A DNA stretch of 32,795 bases from Bacteroidales bacterium. GTDB taxonomy: Bacteria; Bacteroidota; Bacteroidia; Bacteroidales; JAADGE01. Below, piece by piece: positions 17,252-25,564 of the stretch (positions are counted from its first letter, which is position 1; every line of letters begins with the position of its first letter). Location of the stretch: positions 1-32,795 of the forward strand of contig JAOZMN010000001.1 of the NCBI GenBank assembly GCA_029934265.1. Direction: 5' to 3'. Below the pieces are notes generated by a model. It did not search any database. It saw nothing but the letters and a program-made list of their open reading frames with translations, and was not told the origin of the DNA. A program made the position numbers and the translations under genes.

Positions 17252-18337
17252 TTATTTTTTATTTTTTTCTACCATTTCAATAAAATCATCAAACAAAAAC
17301 ATTGTATCTGTCGGACCTCCGGTTGCTTCGGGGTGAAATTGTGTTGAAAAAAACGGTTTTGTTTTATGTTTCATTCCTTCGTTTGTATCATCGTTCAGAT
17401 TTACAAACAACGGTTGCCAATCTTCGGAAAGTGTATCGTTGTCGATAGCAAAACCGTGGTTTTGAGAACTGATATACGCTTTATTCGTATTGCAAAGCAA
17501 AACCGGCTGATTATGACTTCGATGTCCGTATTTAAGTTTGTAGCTTTTTGCTCCCGAAGCCAATGCCATAAGCTGATTGCCAAGACAAATTCCGAAAATA
17601 GGTGTATCTTTTTCTATCACTTTCGATAAATTATTTATGGTTGCTTCGCATTTTACAGGGTCGCCGGGACCGTTGGTTATAAAAAGTCCGTCATATTCTT
17701 CTTTTGTAAAATCATAATCCCAGGGAACACGTATTACTGTTGAATTTCTTGCAGTTAATTCTCTTATAATGTTGTTCTTAACACCACAATCGACAAGCAT
17801 TATTTTATTTTTGCCTGTTCCGTAAGTTATAATTTCTTTTGTGCTGACTTGTGCTACAAGATTATCTTTATTAGGGTCATAAAAATCGGTATCCTGTTCG
17901 TTTACAATGATTTTGCCAAGCATTGTACCTTTTTCACGCAGTATTTTTGTTAAAGCTCTTGTATCTATAGCATAAATTCCGGGTATTTTGTTGGTTTTAA
18001 GCCAATTATCAAGACTTTCATTTGCGTTCCAATGGCTGTATTCATACGAATAGTCGGAAATAACCAAGCCTGATATTTGTATTTTATCGGATTCAAAATC
18101 GGTAAGAAGTTTATCTTCTGTTTTTTTCTTGGGAATACCGTAGTTGCCTATAAGCGGATAAGTCGCCACAAGTATCTGACCTTTATAAGAGGGGTCTGTA
18201 AGACTTTCCGGATAGCCTGTCATTGCGGTATTAAATACAACTTCGCCGGCGGAGCTTCCTGCATATCCAAATGATTTTCCCTTTAAAATAGTTCCGTCTT
18301 CAAGGACTAATTTTGCTGTTTTATTCATGCTTTTCAT
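17252..18337 (-). CDS. carA: Carbamoyl-phosphate synthase small (glutamine amidotransferase) subunit
   Basis: 361 aa. LVLEDGTILKGKSFG, FNTAMTGYPESLTDPSY, GICLGNQL (catalytic Cys), FSTQFHPEA. Confidence 0.95.
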   Translation of the reverse strand: MKSMNKTAKLVLEDGTILKGKSFGYAGSSAGEVVFNTAMTGYPESLTDPSYKGQILVATYPLIGNYGIPKKKTEDKLLTDFESDKIQISGLVISDYSYEYSHWNANESLDNWLKTNKIPGIYAIDTRALTKILREKGTMLGKIIVNEQDTDFYDPNKDNLVAQVSTKEIITYGTGKNKIMLVDCGVKNNIIRELTARNSTVIRVPWDYDFTKEEYDGLFITNGPGDPVKCEATINNLSKVIEKDTPIFGICLGNQLMALASGAKSYKLKYGHRSHNQPVLLCNTNKAYISSQNHGFAIDNDTLSEDWQPLFVNLNDDTNEGMKHKTKPFFSTQFHPEATGGPTDTMFLFDDFIEMVEKNKK

Positions 18338-18556
18338 TTTTTCTGCAAAGATAAAAATAACAATGAATAAAATGAATATCTTTTAAAATTTATGTATAAT
18401 TATTCAAAAAATATATAAATACATGGTTGGCTTATTTATAACTTCACAACCTAACAGACTGTAATCACTGACAAATAATAAAATTATCACAACACCGACA
18501 CTATGTATAATTATACAGTCATTTTACCTGTATCAAAAAAATATTATACTTTGTAT

Positions 18557-18687
18557 GAGTTCAGTCTAAAAAGTAGATTTTCTCGAAATCAGACCCTTAG
18601 GGTTTTAAGTAATAAGCTATAAATCAAATATTTAGATTTGTTAAATTTTATTAAATCAAACCCTAAGGGTCTTTTTATACCGAACTC
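18557..18687 (+). mobile_element. Family A MITE-like element, copy 6
   Basis: Exactly 131 bp. A perfect 6-bp direct repeat TTGTAT lies at 18551-18556 and 18688-18693. Confidence 0.9.
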
Positions 18688-19112
18688 TTGTATTAAATTT
18701 CAATACAATCCTATGAAAACAAAATCACAAATCGACAGTCAAAAATAGCAAATCACTTGTACTGATTTATTATTTTTCAATAAATCTACAAATCTAAATA
18801 TGTTGTATAATATGTTTATTTATTTCAATATTATAAAACGCTAAATTACAGCACATAGGAACGTAAGCATTAGACCCAAATCACGAATTATGACTCAAAT
18901 CATTAAAAGATGTGCTATAGAACACACATCTATATTTTTAAATATTCTATTTTTGTGAAATAGTATTGCAAATTAGAGTCTGATATATAAATATTTATAT
19001 ATTTAGTTTTTTTACCTTAAAATATGTCAAAAATCTTAATTACGGAAGTTGCAATATTAAATGTGTAAAAGTATTATAAAAAGGTCAGTTAAGCCAAATT
19101 AATAATGATAAG

Positions 19113-21362
19113 ATGAAAACCAACAGACGAGAATTTATTAAAATATCATCAATGGGAATGGGAGCTTTAGCCTTAGCAACAACACCTGTTCTTGGTTGGG
19201 TACCCGGTTTTTTAAAAGATGACTACACAAATCCGGACGATTCAAAAGCAAAGCGTTATGCAAACTATTGTGAAGTATGCTTTTGGAATTGTGCAGGTTG
19301 GGTATATACCGATGAAAAAGATAAAATTTGGAAAATAATCGGTAACGAAGACGACCCTCACAGCAACGGACGTTTTTGCCCTCGAGGAACCGGCGGAGTG
19401 GGAATGTATAACGACAACGACCGACTTAAAACTCCGCTTAAACGTGTAACAGACGAATCCGGCAAACAAACTTTCGTTAAAATTTCTTGGGAAGAAGCAT
19501 TTGATACCATTGCAGAAAAAATGACCGAAATTAAAGATAATTACGGTTCTGAAAGTTTTGCATTATTCAAACACGGTTCAAGCGGTAAACATTTTGCACA
19601 ACTATTAAAGGCTTACGGTTCCAAAAACATTGCAGCTCCGGCTTATGCTCAATGTAAAGGTCCCAGAGAAGAAGCATTTAAAGTTACATTCGGGCACCCG
19701 CTTCACTCACCCGAACCTCTCGACATCAGAGATACAAAATGTTTAGTACTTATAGGCTCTCATCTTGGCGAAAATATGCACAACGGACAAGTTCAAGAAA
19801 TGTCCGAAGCTATTGGGAAAGGTGTAAATATTATTACGGTTGACCCTCGTTTTTCAACTGTTGCAAGCAAATCTAAATTTTGGTTACCGATAAAACCGGC
19901 AACTGACCTTGCATTATTATTGGCTTGGATACACGTAATAATAAATGAAGAAATATACGACCAAAAATATGTCGAAAAATATACTTTCGGATTAGAATCG
20001 CTGAAAAAACACGTTGAAAATTACACTCCGGAATGGGCTGCGGGAATTACAACGCTTTCGGCACAAGACATAAGAGATACTGCCAAAGAAATGGCAAACG
20101 CTTCTCCGGCAGTAATAGTACATCCGGGACGACACGTTACTTGGTACGGAGATGACACCCAACGTTTGAGAGCCGTTGCAATACTTAACGCTTTACTTGG
20201 TTCGTGGGGACGAAGAGGCGGATTTTTCATGCCGGAAAAAGCAAAATTACCTAAATATCCCGAACCCAAAGCTCCAAAACCAAAATGGTCTTGGAGAGAC
20301 ATTTCTCCCGGTAAATATCCACTTGCAGGAACCGGTGTTACAAACTTATTAATAGACGCTTCGCACCCGGATTACGAAGGAGACCATAAAATAAAAGCAT
20401 GGTTTATAGCCGGAACAAATTTAATCGCAAGTATTCCGGATATAAAAAGAACACTTGATGCTCTTAATAATCAAGAATTTGTAGTAGTCGTAGATACAAT
20501 GCCGGCTGAAATAACCGGTTATGCAGATATAGTTCTGCCGGAATGTACATATCTTGAAAGATATGACAGTCCGAGACTTGCACAACACAGAGAGCCGAAT
20601 ATTGCTCTTCGAGTTCCTGCCGCCGAACCACGATTTGATTCAAAACCGGGCTGGTGGATATGCAAAGAAATTGCAACAAGAATAGGAAAAGGAGACTTTT
20701 TCGATTATAAAGACTTTTCGGAAGTTATCGACTGGCAACTCAAACAAGTAGGCACATCTCTTGAAGAGATGAAAAAAATCGGAGTTAAAAAATTAAACAG
20801 AAAATATGACGATTTATATTTCCTTGAAGATGAAGAAATAGAATTTCATACAAATACAGGAAAAATAGAATTGTATTCAACAACAATGGAAGCAAACGGT
20901 TTCGACCCGATGCCAAAATATACAGCACATCAAGAATCTTCGGAAGGATTTTACAGATTGATATACGGAAGGACGCCGGCTCATACTTTCAGCAGAACAA
21001 CCAACAACCCTAACTTAACAGCACTTAAAGCCGAAAACGATTTATGGGTAAATCCGAAAGTTGCATCGGAATGGGGTTTTAAAAACGGACAAAAACTTTG
21101 GTTACAAAATCATCAAGGTAAAGTTTCCGAGTTTCCGATAAAAATCAGAATAACCGAAAGAATACGTTGGGACTCAGTATTTACCGCTCACGGTTTCGGA
21201 CGAACCGACAAAAGACTCACAAGAGGATACGGGCGAGGAATAAGTGATTCGGAAATGGTATCCGATGTAAAAATAGATAAGGAAACAGGAAGTACGGGAA
21301 TGAGAAATAATTTTGTTACATTTCTGACAGAAAAACCGAATACAGCAAAAAAAGAAAGCTAA
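19113..21362 (+). CDS. Tat-exported molybdopterin oxidoreductase catalytic subunit, PsrA/PhsA (polysulfide/thiosulfate reductase)-like
   Basis: 749 aa. Twin-arginine signal NRREFIKISSMGMGALALA. N-terminal Fe-S motif CEVCFWNCAG...(x27)...CPRG. Bis-MGD family architecture. DmsB-type and NrfD-type subunits follow. Substrate is not determinable from sequence. Confidence 0.8.
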   Translation: MKTNRREFIKISSMGMGALALATTPVLGWVPGFLKDDYTNPDDSKAKRYANYCEVCFWNCAGWVYTDEKDKIWKIIGNEDDPHSNGRFCPRGTGGVGMYNDNDRLKTPLKRVTDESGKQTFVKISWEEAFDTIAEKMTEIKDNYGSESFALFKHGSSGKHFAQLLKAYGSKNIAAPAYAQCKGPREEAFKVTFGHPLHSPEPLDIRDTKCLVLIGSHLGENMHNGQVQEMSEAIGKGVNIITVDPRFSTVASKSKFWLPIKPATDLALLLAWIHVIINEEIYDQKYVEKYTFGLESLKKHVENYTPEWAAGITTLSAQDIRDTAKEMANASPAVIVHPGRHVTWYGDDTQRLRAVAILNALLGSWGRRGGFFMPEKAKLPKYPEPKAPKPKWSWRDISPGKYPLAGTGVTNLLIDASHPDYEGDHKIKAWFIAGTNLIASIPDIKRTLDALNNQEFVVVVDTMPAEITGYADIVLPECTYLERYDSPRLAQHREPNIALRVPAAEPRFDSKPGWWICKEIATRIGKGDFFDYKDFSEVIDWQLKQVGTSLEEMKKIGVKKLNRKYDDLYFLEDEEIEFHTNTGKIELYSTTMEANGFDPMPKYTAHQESSEGFYRLIYGRTPAHTFSRTTNNPNLTALKAENDLWVNPKVASEWGFKNGQKLWLQNHQGKVSEFPIKIRITERIRWDSVFTAHGFGRTDKRLTRGYGRGISDSEMVSDVKIDKETGSTGMRNNFVTFLTEKPNTAKKES

Positions 21363-21460
21363 GGTCTTCGACCTGTTTAATATTGCTTACACACTCGTGC
21401 AAATATTTATAAATAAGTAAATGTATATTTTTTTTGTAAGAGTACTTTTTCAAAAATTCC
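21360..21460 (+). repeat. Family B intercistronic element, copy B2
   Basis: It starts with the psrA-like stop codon: TAAGGTCTTCGACCTGTTTAATATTGC...GTGCAAAT...AATAAGTAAATGTATATTTTTTTTGTAAGAGTACTT. The first 27 nt are nearly identical to B1. Confidence 0.7.
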
Positions 21461-21513
21461 TTAAAGTGAATTAAAAAAAAGCAGAAGTCGATTAATTCAA
21501 AATTTAGAATAAT

Positions 21514-22047
21514 ATGAGATACGGAATGGCAATAGATACAAGAAAATGCGTTGGTTGTGCAGACTGCGTAGTGGCTTGTCAGACTGAAAACAATATACCC
21601 ATAGGCTACACCAGAGATTGGATAGCGGAACTTAATGAAGGCACATATCCGAATCTTCATCTCGAAATACGCTCCGAACGATGTAACCATTGCGAAAACA
21701 CCCCTTGTGTACGAACCTGCCCTACCGGAGCAAGTCATATCATTTTGGGAGGTATAGTAAAAGTTACACATGAAGAATGTATCGGTTGCGGGGCGTGTAT
21801 TCAGTCATGTCCTTACGATGCCAGATATATGCACCCCGATGGTTATGTCGATAAATGTACATTCTGCGACCACAGAGTTGCAAACGGACAAGAACCGGCC
21901 TGCGTATCGGTCTGCCCGACACATTGTATGTATTTCGGTGATTTAGACGACCCAAACAGTGAAGTCTCAAAAGTTGTTGCTGCAAATAAAATAAAAACTC
22001 TGGCTCCGGAAGCCGGAACAAAACCTCAAATTTTTTATTTGGTATAA
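21514..22047 (+). CDS. 4Fe-4S dicluster electron-transfer subunit (PsrB/DmsB type, four cluster motifs)
   Basis: 177 aa. CVGCADCVVAC, CNHCENTPCVRTCP, CIGCGACIQSCP, CTFCDHRV...ACVSVCP. Confidence 0.85.
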   Translation: MRYGMAIDTRKCVGCADCVVACQTENNIPIGYTRDWIAELNEGTYPNLHLEIRSERCNHCENTPCVRTCPTGASHIILGGIVKVTHEECIGCGACIQSCPYDARYMHPDGYVDKCTFCDHRVANGQEPACVSVCPTHCMYFGDLDDPNSEVSKVVAANKIKTLAPEAGTKPQIFYLV

Positions 22048-22135
22048 GCACAAGAACTTACGAAATTTTATATTTTTTCGATTTAATAAAAACATTTCGG
22101 CGTAAGCCGGTTATCAATTATCAATTTATATCGTT

Positions 22136-23155
22136 ATGAGAGAAGAATTAATAACAAGTGGCAGAATGAACTTGAATATCGACCCTGTTTTGCACATTTG
22201 GCACTGGCAAATCCCTGTATATTTATTTCTTGGCGGTCTTGCGGCAGGTTTACTTTTTTTTGCGGCATACTATACAATAATAGGAAAAGAAAAAAAATTC
22301 ACTACAGCCGTAAAATTTGCTCCGGTATTAGCTCCGGTAGCAATTATTCTCGGACTTATAGCACTTTTACTCGACCTTAAACACCCTGCGTATTTCTGGC
22401 AACTATATACAACAGTGCATTTAGAATCTCCGATGTCATGGGGTGCTTGGGTACTAATGTTTATAATGCCTATATCTATGTTGTGGGTAGCTTCTTATTT
22501 TAAAGAAATTTTCCCTAAATTCGATATAAACCAAAATATCGTAGGGAAAATGCTGAAAAAAGTAATCGTTAAAAATGACAATAAAGAAGGTGCAAACTGG
22601 GACTGGAAATTTGAAATTATACGAAAATTTGAAATTAATTTCATCAAAAACAGAAAACCGGTAGCATGGGTAATGCTTATTCTTGCAGTAATTCTCGGAG
22701 TTTATACCGGAATATTACTTTCGGCATTTAATGCACGACCGTTATGGAACTCTTCAATACTCGGACCATTATTTTTAACTTCCGGACTTTCAACTGCGGC
22801 GGCAACAATTATGTGGATGTCCGATAATCACGAAGAAAAACGTACTTTCAGCAAAATAGATTTAATGCTTATTGTAATTGAACTGTTTTTAATAACACAC
22901 TTATTTATGGGATTCTTAGCAGGTTCAGAAGCAAAAGTACAAGCCGCTCAATATTTTCTCGGAGGTGAATTTACCGTTACTTTTTGGATAAATGTTGTAA
23001 TTATCGGTTTGATAGTTCCTGCAATACTTGAAACACTTGAACTTTTAAAATTCAAATTACCGGTAATGGTACCTGCTGCAATGATATTATGGGGTGGCAT
23101 GATATTCCGCTTTATAATGGTAGAAGCCGGACAAGTAACTCGTTTTCTATATTAA
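22136..23155 (+). CDS. NrfD/PsrC-type integral-membrane quinol-interacting subunit
   Basis: 339 aa with about 8-9 hydrophobic helices. It has the WxWxIPxYLFLGG-like opening (WHWQIPVYLFLGGLAAG) typical of the NrfD family, and follows the A and B subunits. Confidence 0.8.
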   Translation: MREELITSGRMNLNIDPVLHIWHWQIPVYLFLGGLAAGLLFFAAYYTIIGKEKKFTTAVKFAPVLAPVAIILGLIALLLDLKHPAYFWQLYTTVHLESPMSWGAWVLMFIMPISMLWVASYFKEIFPKFDINQNIVGKMLKKVIVKNDNKEGANWDWKFEIIRKFEINFIKNRKPVAWVMLILAVILGVYTGILLSAFNARPLWNSSILGPLFLTSGLSTAAATIMWMSDNHEEKRTFSKIDLMLIVIELFLITHLFMGFLAGSEAKVQAAQYFLGGEFTVTFWINVVIIGLIVPAILETLELLKFKLPVMVPAAMILWGGMIFRFIMVEAGQVTRFLY

Positions 23156-23275
23156 GGTCTTTAACCTTTTTAATAAGGCAAAGCCATGTTTATAAATCAT
23201 TAATAATTAAAAAGTTACACAAGATATAATGTGTAAAGACTTTTATAAAGGTACTTAATTAAAAAAAATTAACCG
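23153..23275 (+). repeat. Family B intercistronic element, copy B3
   Basis: It starts with the psrC-like stop: TAAGGTCTTTAACCTTTTTAATAAGGCAAAGCC...AATGTGTAAAGACTTTTATAAAGGTACTTAATTA. It ends a few nt before the ATG at 23276. By eye it is roughly 80% identical to B4. Confidence 0.7.
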
Positions 23276-23794
23276 ATGGAAAATAAAAAAAAGTATATGA
23301 ATCCCTACCTTGCCGGTGTTTTACTGGGAATGTTAATTATAATTTCATTCATTTTAACTCGTGAAGGTTTGGGAGCGAGCGGTGCTTTTAAAAGAACTGC
23401 GGCAAAAATAGAACAAGCTGTAGCTCCCGGATATATCAACAATCCGGATACATATTTTCATAAATATGTCAAAAACGGGAAAGAGCCTTTAAACAACAGA
23501 TTAGTATTTATGATAATCGGCGTTTTTGTAGGGGGTTTTTTATCAGGTGCTGTTAACAGAAGACTGAAATTAAAAATTGAACATTCTCCTAAGATTACAA
23601 AAAAAACAAGAGGGATTGCTGCATTAATCGGCGGAATATTATTCGGAATAGGAGCATCGTTCGGTAGAGGTTGTACGAGCGGAGCCGGACTCGACGGAAT
23701 GGCTGTTATGGCAACTTCAGGTTTTATTGTAGTAGCGGCAATTTTCGGTGGAGGCTACTTATTTGCTTATTTTGTCAGGAAATTATGGATATAA
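23276..23794 (+). CDS. YeeE/YedE-family sulfur-transport membrane protein (half-size, first of pair)
   Basis: 172 aa and polytopic, with the conserved GRGCTSGAG motif of the sulphur-transport (YeeE/YedE) family. Confidence 0.7.
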   Translation: MENKKKYMNPYLAGVLLGMLIIISFILTREGLGASGAFKRTAAKIEQAVAPGYINNPDTYFHKYVKNGKEPLNNRLVFMIIGVFVGGFLSGAVNRRLKLKIEHSPKITKKTRGIAALIGGILFGIGASFGRGCTSGAGLDGMAVMATSGFIVVAAIFGGGYLFAYFVRKLWI

Positions 23795-23811
23795 AAGGGA
23801 TTGATGATTTG

Positions 23812-23859
23812 TGATTGTATATTTATGATTTTGCTTTCGCATGATTAATAAAATTTTTA
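23812..23859 (+). repeat. Family C 48-bp repeat, copy C2
   Basis: TGATTGTATATTTATGATTTTGCTTTCGCATGATTAATAAAATTTTTA is about 44/48 identical to C1. Confidence 0.7.
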
Positions 23860-23876
23860 CCGGCTAAGTCAGATTT

Positions 23877-23985
23877 TAAGGTCGTTGACCTTTTTAATAT
23901 GGCAAAGCCATATTAGAAAATCATTAATAATTAAAACGTTACACAAAGTACAATGTGGGAAAACTTTTGTAAGACTACTTACAAT
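23877..23985 (+). repeat. Family B element, copy B4 (not attached to a stop codon)
   Basis: TAAGGTCGTTGACCTTTTTAATATGGCAAAGCCATATTAG...CATTAATAATTAAAACGTTACACAAAGTACAATGTGGGAAAACTTTTGTAAGACTACTT. Confidence 0.65.
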
Positions 23986-24119
23986 ATCTTAAAGTCATAA
24001 TAGTTAATTACAAAAATACAGTATAATTTTTTTTGTAACAATGGTTAATCTAAGAGCTTAGAACCGACAAACAGATAATTATAAATTCCCGTTAAATTCG
24101 GGTTAAATAAAAAATAAAA

Positions 24120-24716
24120 ATGGGACCTTTTTTTACTTCAGGAGATGAATTCAGCTATGTTATAGCTTTAATAATAGGTATAGGTTTTGGTTTTGTACTC
24201 GAATCCGGAGGCTTTTCAACTTCAAAAAAACTTGCCGGAGTATTTTACGGATATGATTTTACCGTTATCAGAGTATTTTTTACGGCTGCCATAACAGCGG
24301 CTATAGGACTTTTTTACTTTGACTACCTCGGCTGGGTTGATTTCTCGGCATTGTATATAAATAAATTTTTTATCGGCTCAAGCATAGTAGGAGGTCTTAT
24401 AATGGGACTCGGGTTTGTTATCGGAGGATATTGTCCGGGGACAAGTGCTTGTGCGGTAGGCATAGGTAAAATTGATGCCATGATATACCTTGCCGGCGTG
24501 ATTATCGGAGCAATGATATTCGATTTATTTTATCCCCTTTACGGAAGTTTTTACAAAAGCGGGAATATGGGTGCATCTTCAATATACGAACTGCTCGGAA
24601 TGTCCAAAGAATTATTTTTATTGATTTTTGTAGTATTTGCCGCCGTTACTTTTTATTTTACGACCGGCTTACAGCATAAAATAACAAAAAAAATGAATAA
24701 AAAAAATGAGCAATGA
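24120..24716 (+). CDS. YeeE/YedE-family sulfur-transport membrane protein (second of pair)
   Basis: 198 aa and polytopic, with a GGYCPGTSAC motif at the position of the conserved Cys of the YeeE/YedE family. Confidence 0.65.
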   Translation: MGPFFTSGDEFSYVIALIIGIGFGFVLESGGFSTSKKLAGVFYGYDFTVIRVFFTAAITAAIGLFYFDYLGWVDFSALYINKFFIGSSIVGGLIMGLGFVIGGYCPGTSACAVGIGKIDAMIYLAGVIIGAMIFDLFYPLYGSFYKSGNMGASSIYELLGMSKELFLLIFVVFAAVTFYFTTGLQHKITKKMNKKNEQ

Positions 24717-24764
24717 ACAATAAATAATGAACAATTTTAAAACTATAATTTCAAATTTGTAAAA

Positions 24765-25427
24765 ATGGAAGAAGTAAAACAATCAAAAAAAAGATATATT
24801 TTAGTATCCGTAATTTTCATACTACTTGCTTTATTGCTGTTTTTATTGCCGGAAAAATATGATTTAAAACAAAAACAAGTTTGGGAACTTCTACGAGAAC
24901 TAAACAGTAATACAAGGTTTGTTACAACGGATTATGTTGCTCAAAAAATAATTAACAAAGAGCCTGCTTATAAATTGATAGACGTTAGAAATGAAAATGA
25001 TTTTAAAACATTTTCATTACCCGGAGCAATAAATATACCTATCAAAAACATACTCGATAAAGACAAAAAAGGAAAATACAAATATGAAGATATTCTTAAA
25101 AACGATGAAAATACCATTAATATTTTCTATTCAAACGGAACTATATATGCAAATCAAACCTTACTTATACTAAGCAGAATGAATTACAAAAATAATTATG
25201 TAATGAAGGGTGGTTTGAACAAATGGTTTGAAACAATTATAAATCCACGCAAACCGCAAAAAACGGCAGCCGAAAGTAAACACATACTATACAGAAATAG
25301 AAAAGCTTACAGTATATTTTTTACCGGAGGAGGAGTACAAAGCGAAACATCACCGGAAACGCCAAGTCAAACACCTAAAGTTGCACCAAAAAAAGAAAGT
25401 CCGAAAGAAGACGAGGGAGGCTGTTGA
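24765..25427 (+). CDS. Membrane-anchored rhodanese-homology-domain protein with C-terminal ...EDEGGC tail (catalytic-loop Cys apparently replaced by Ser)
   Basis: N-terminal anchor KKRYILVSVIFILLALLLFLL. Rhodanese pattern LIDVRNENDFKTFSLPGAINIP ... INIFYSNGTIYANQTLLILSRMNY..VMKGGLNKW. S/T/P/K-rich tail ending EDEGGC-stop. Confidence 0.7.
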   Translation: MEEVKQSKKRYILVSVIFILLALLLFLLPEKYDLKQKQVWELLRELNSNTRFVTTDYVAQKIINKEPAYKLIDVRNENDFKTFSLPGAINIPIKNILDKDKKGKYKYEDILKNDENTINIFYSNGTIYANQTLLILSRMNYKNNYVMKGGLNKWFETIINPRKPQKTAAESKHILYRNRKAYSIFFTGGGVQSETSPETPSQTPKVAPKKESPKEDEGGC

Positions 25428-25470
25428 TTTACGATTGATGATTTTGCTTAGTTGTATTGAAAATTAAAAT
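25425..25470 (+). repeat. Family C repeat, copy C4 (diverged; first 3 nt are the stop codon of the rhodanese gene)
   Basis: TGATTTACGATTGATGATTTTGCTTAGTTGTATTGAAAATTAAAAT aligns with C1-C3. Confidence 0.5.
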
Positions 25471-25520
25471 AATTTACAAAAATTTTTACACATTTACTTA
25501 TAATACTCTGAAAATTTTAA

Positions 25521-25560
25521 AAATCAAAATTTCAAAATTTCAAAACTTCAGAACTTCAAA
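25521..25560 (+). repeat. Five tandem octamers immediately upstream of the second rhodanese start codon
   Basis: AAATCAAA ATTTCAAA ATTTCAAA ACTTCAGA ACTTCAAA, then AATT and the ATG at 25565. Confidence 0.7.
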
Positions 25561-25564
25561 AATT

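Noticed and set aside
18688-19112. Possible Moco riboswitch or other structured leader upstream of the molybdopterin oxidoreductase, plus a TAttTTTG (-7-like) box at 18948-18955.
   Set aside because: The region is extremely AT-rich, and I could not see any GC-rich conserved helices of the kind I expect for a Moco riboswitch. The -7-like box has no TTTG -33 partner at the expected spacing, so there is not enough support to call a promoter.
21316-21771. 151-aa minus-strand ORF spanning the psrA-like/psrB-like junction.
   Set aside because: It overlaps the 3' end of the catalytic-subunit gene, repeat B2 and the Cys-rich start of the ferredoxin gene. It has no motifs and is best explained as a chance open frame.
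25457-25564. TTG-initiated 36-residue N-terminal extension of rhodanese paralogue 2 (MKIKIIYKNFYTF...).
   Set aside because: The extension is encoded by repeat C4, a family-B fragment and the octamer tandem array. The ATG at 25565 gives an N-terminus parallel to paralogue 1 (short polar segment, then the TM anchor).
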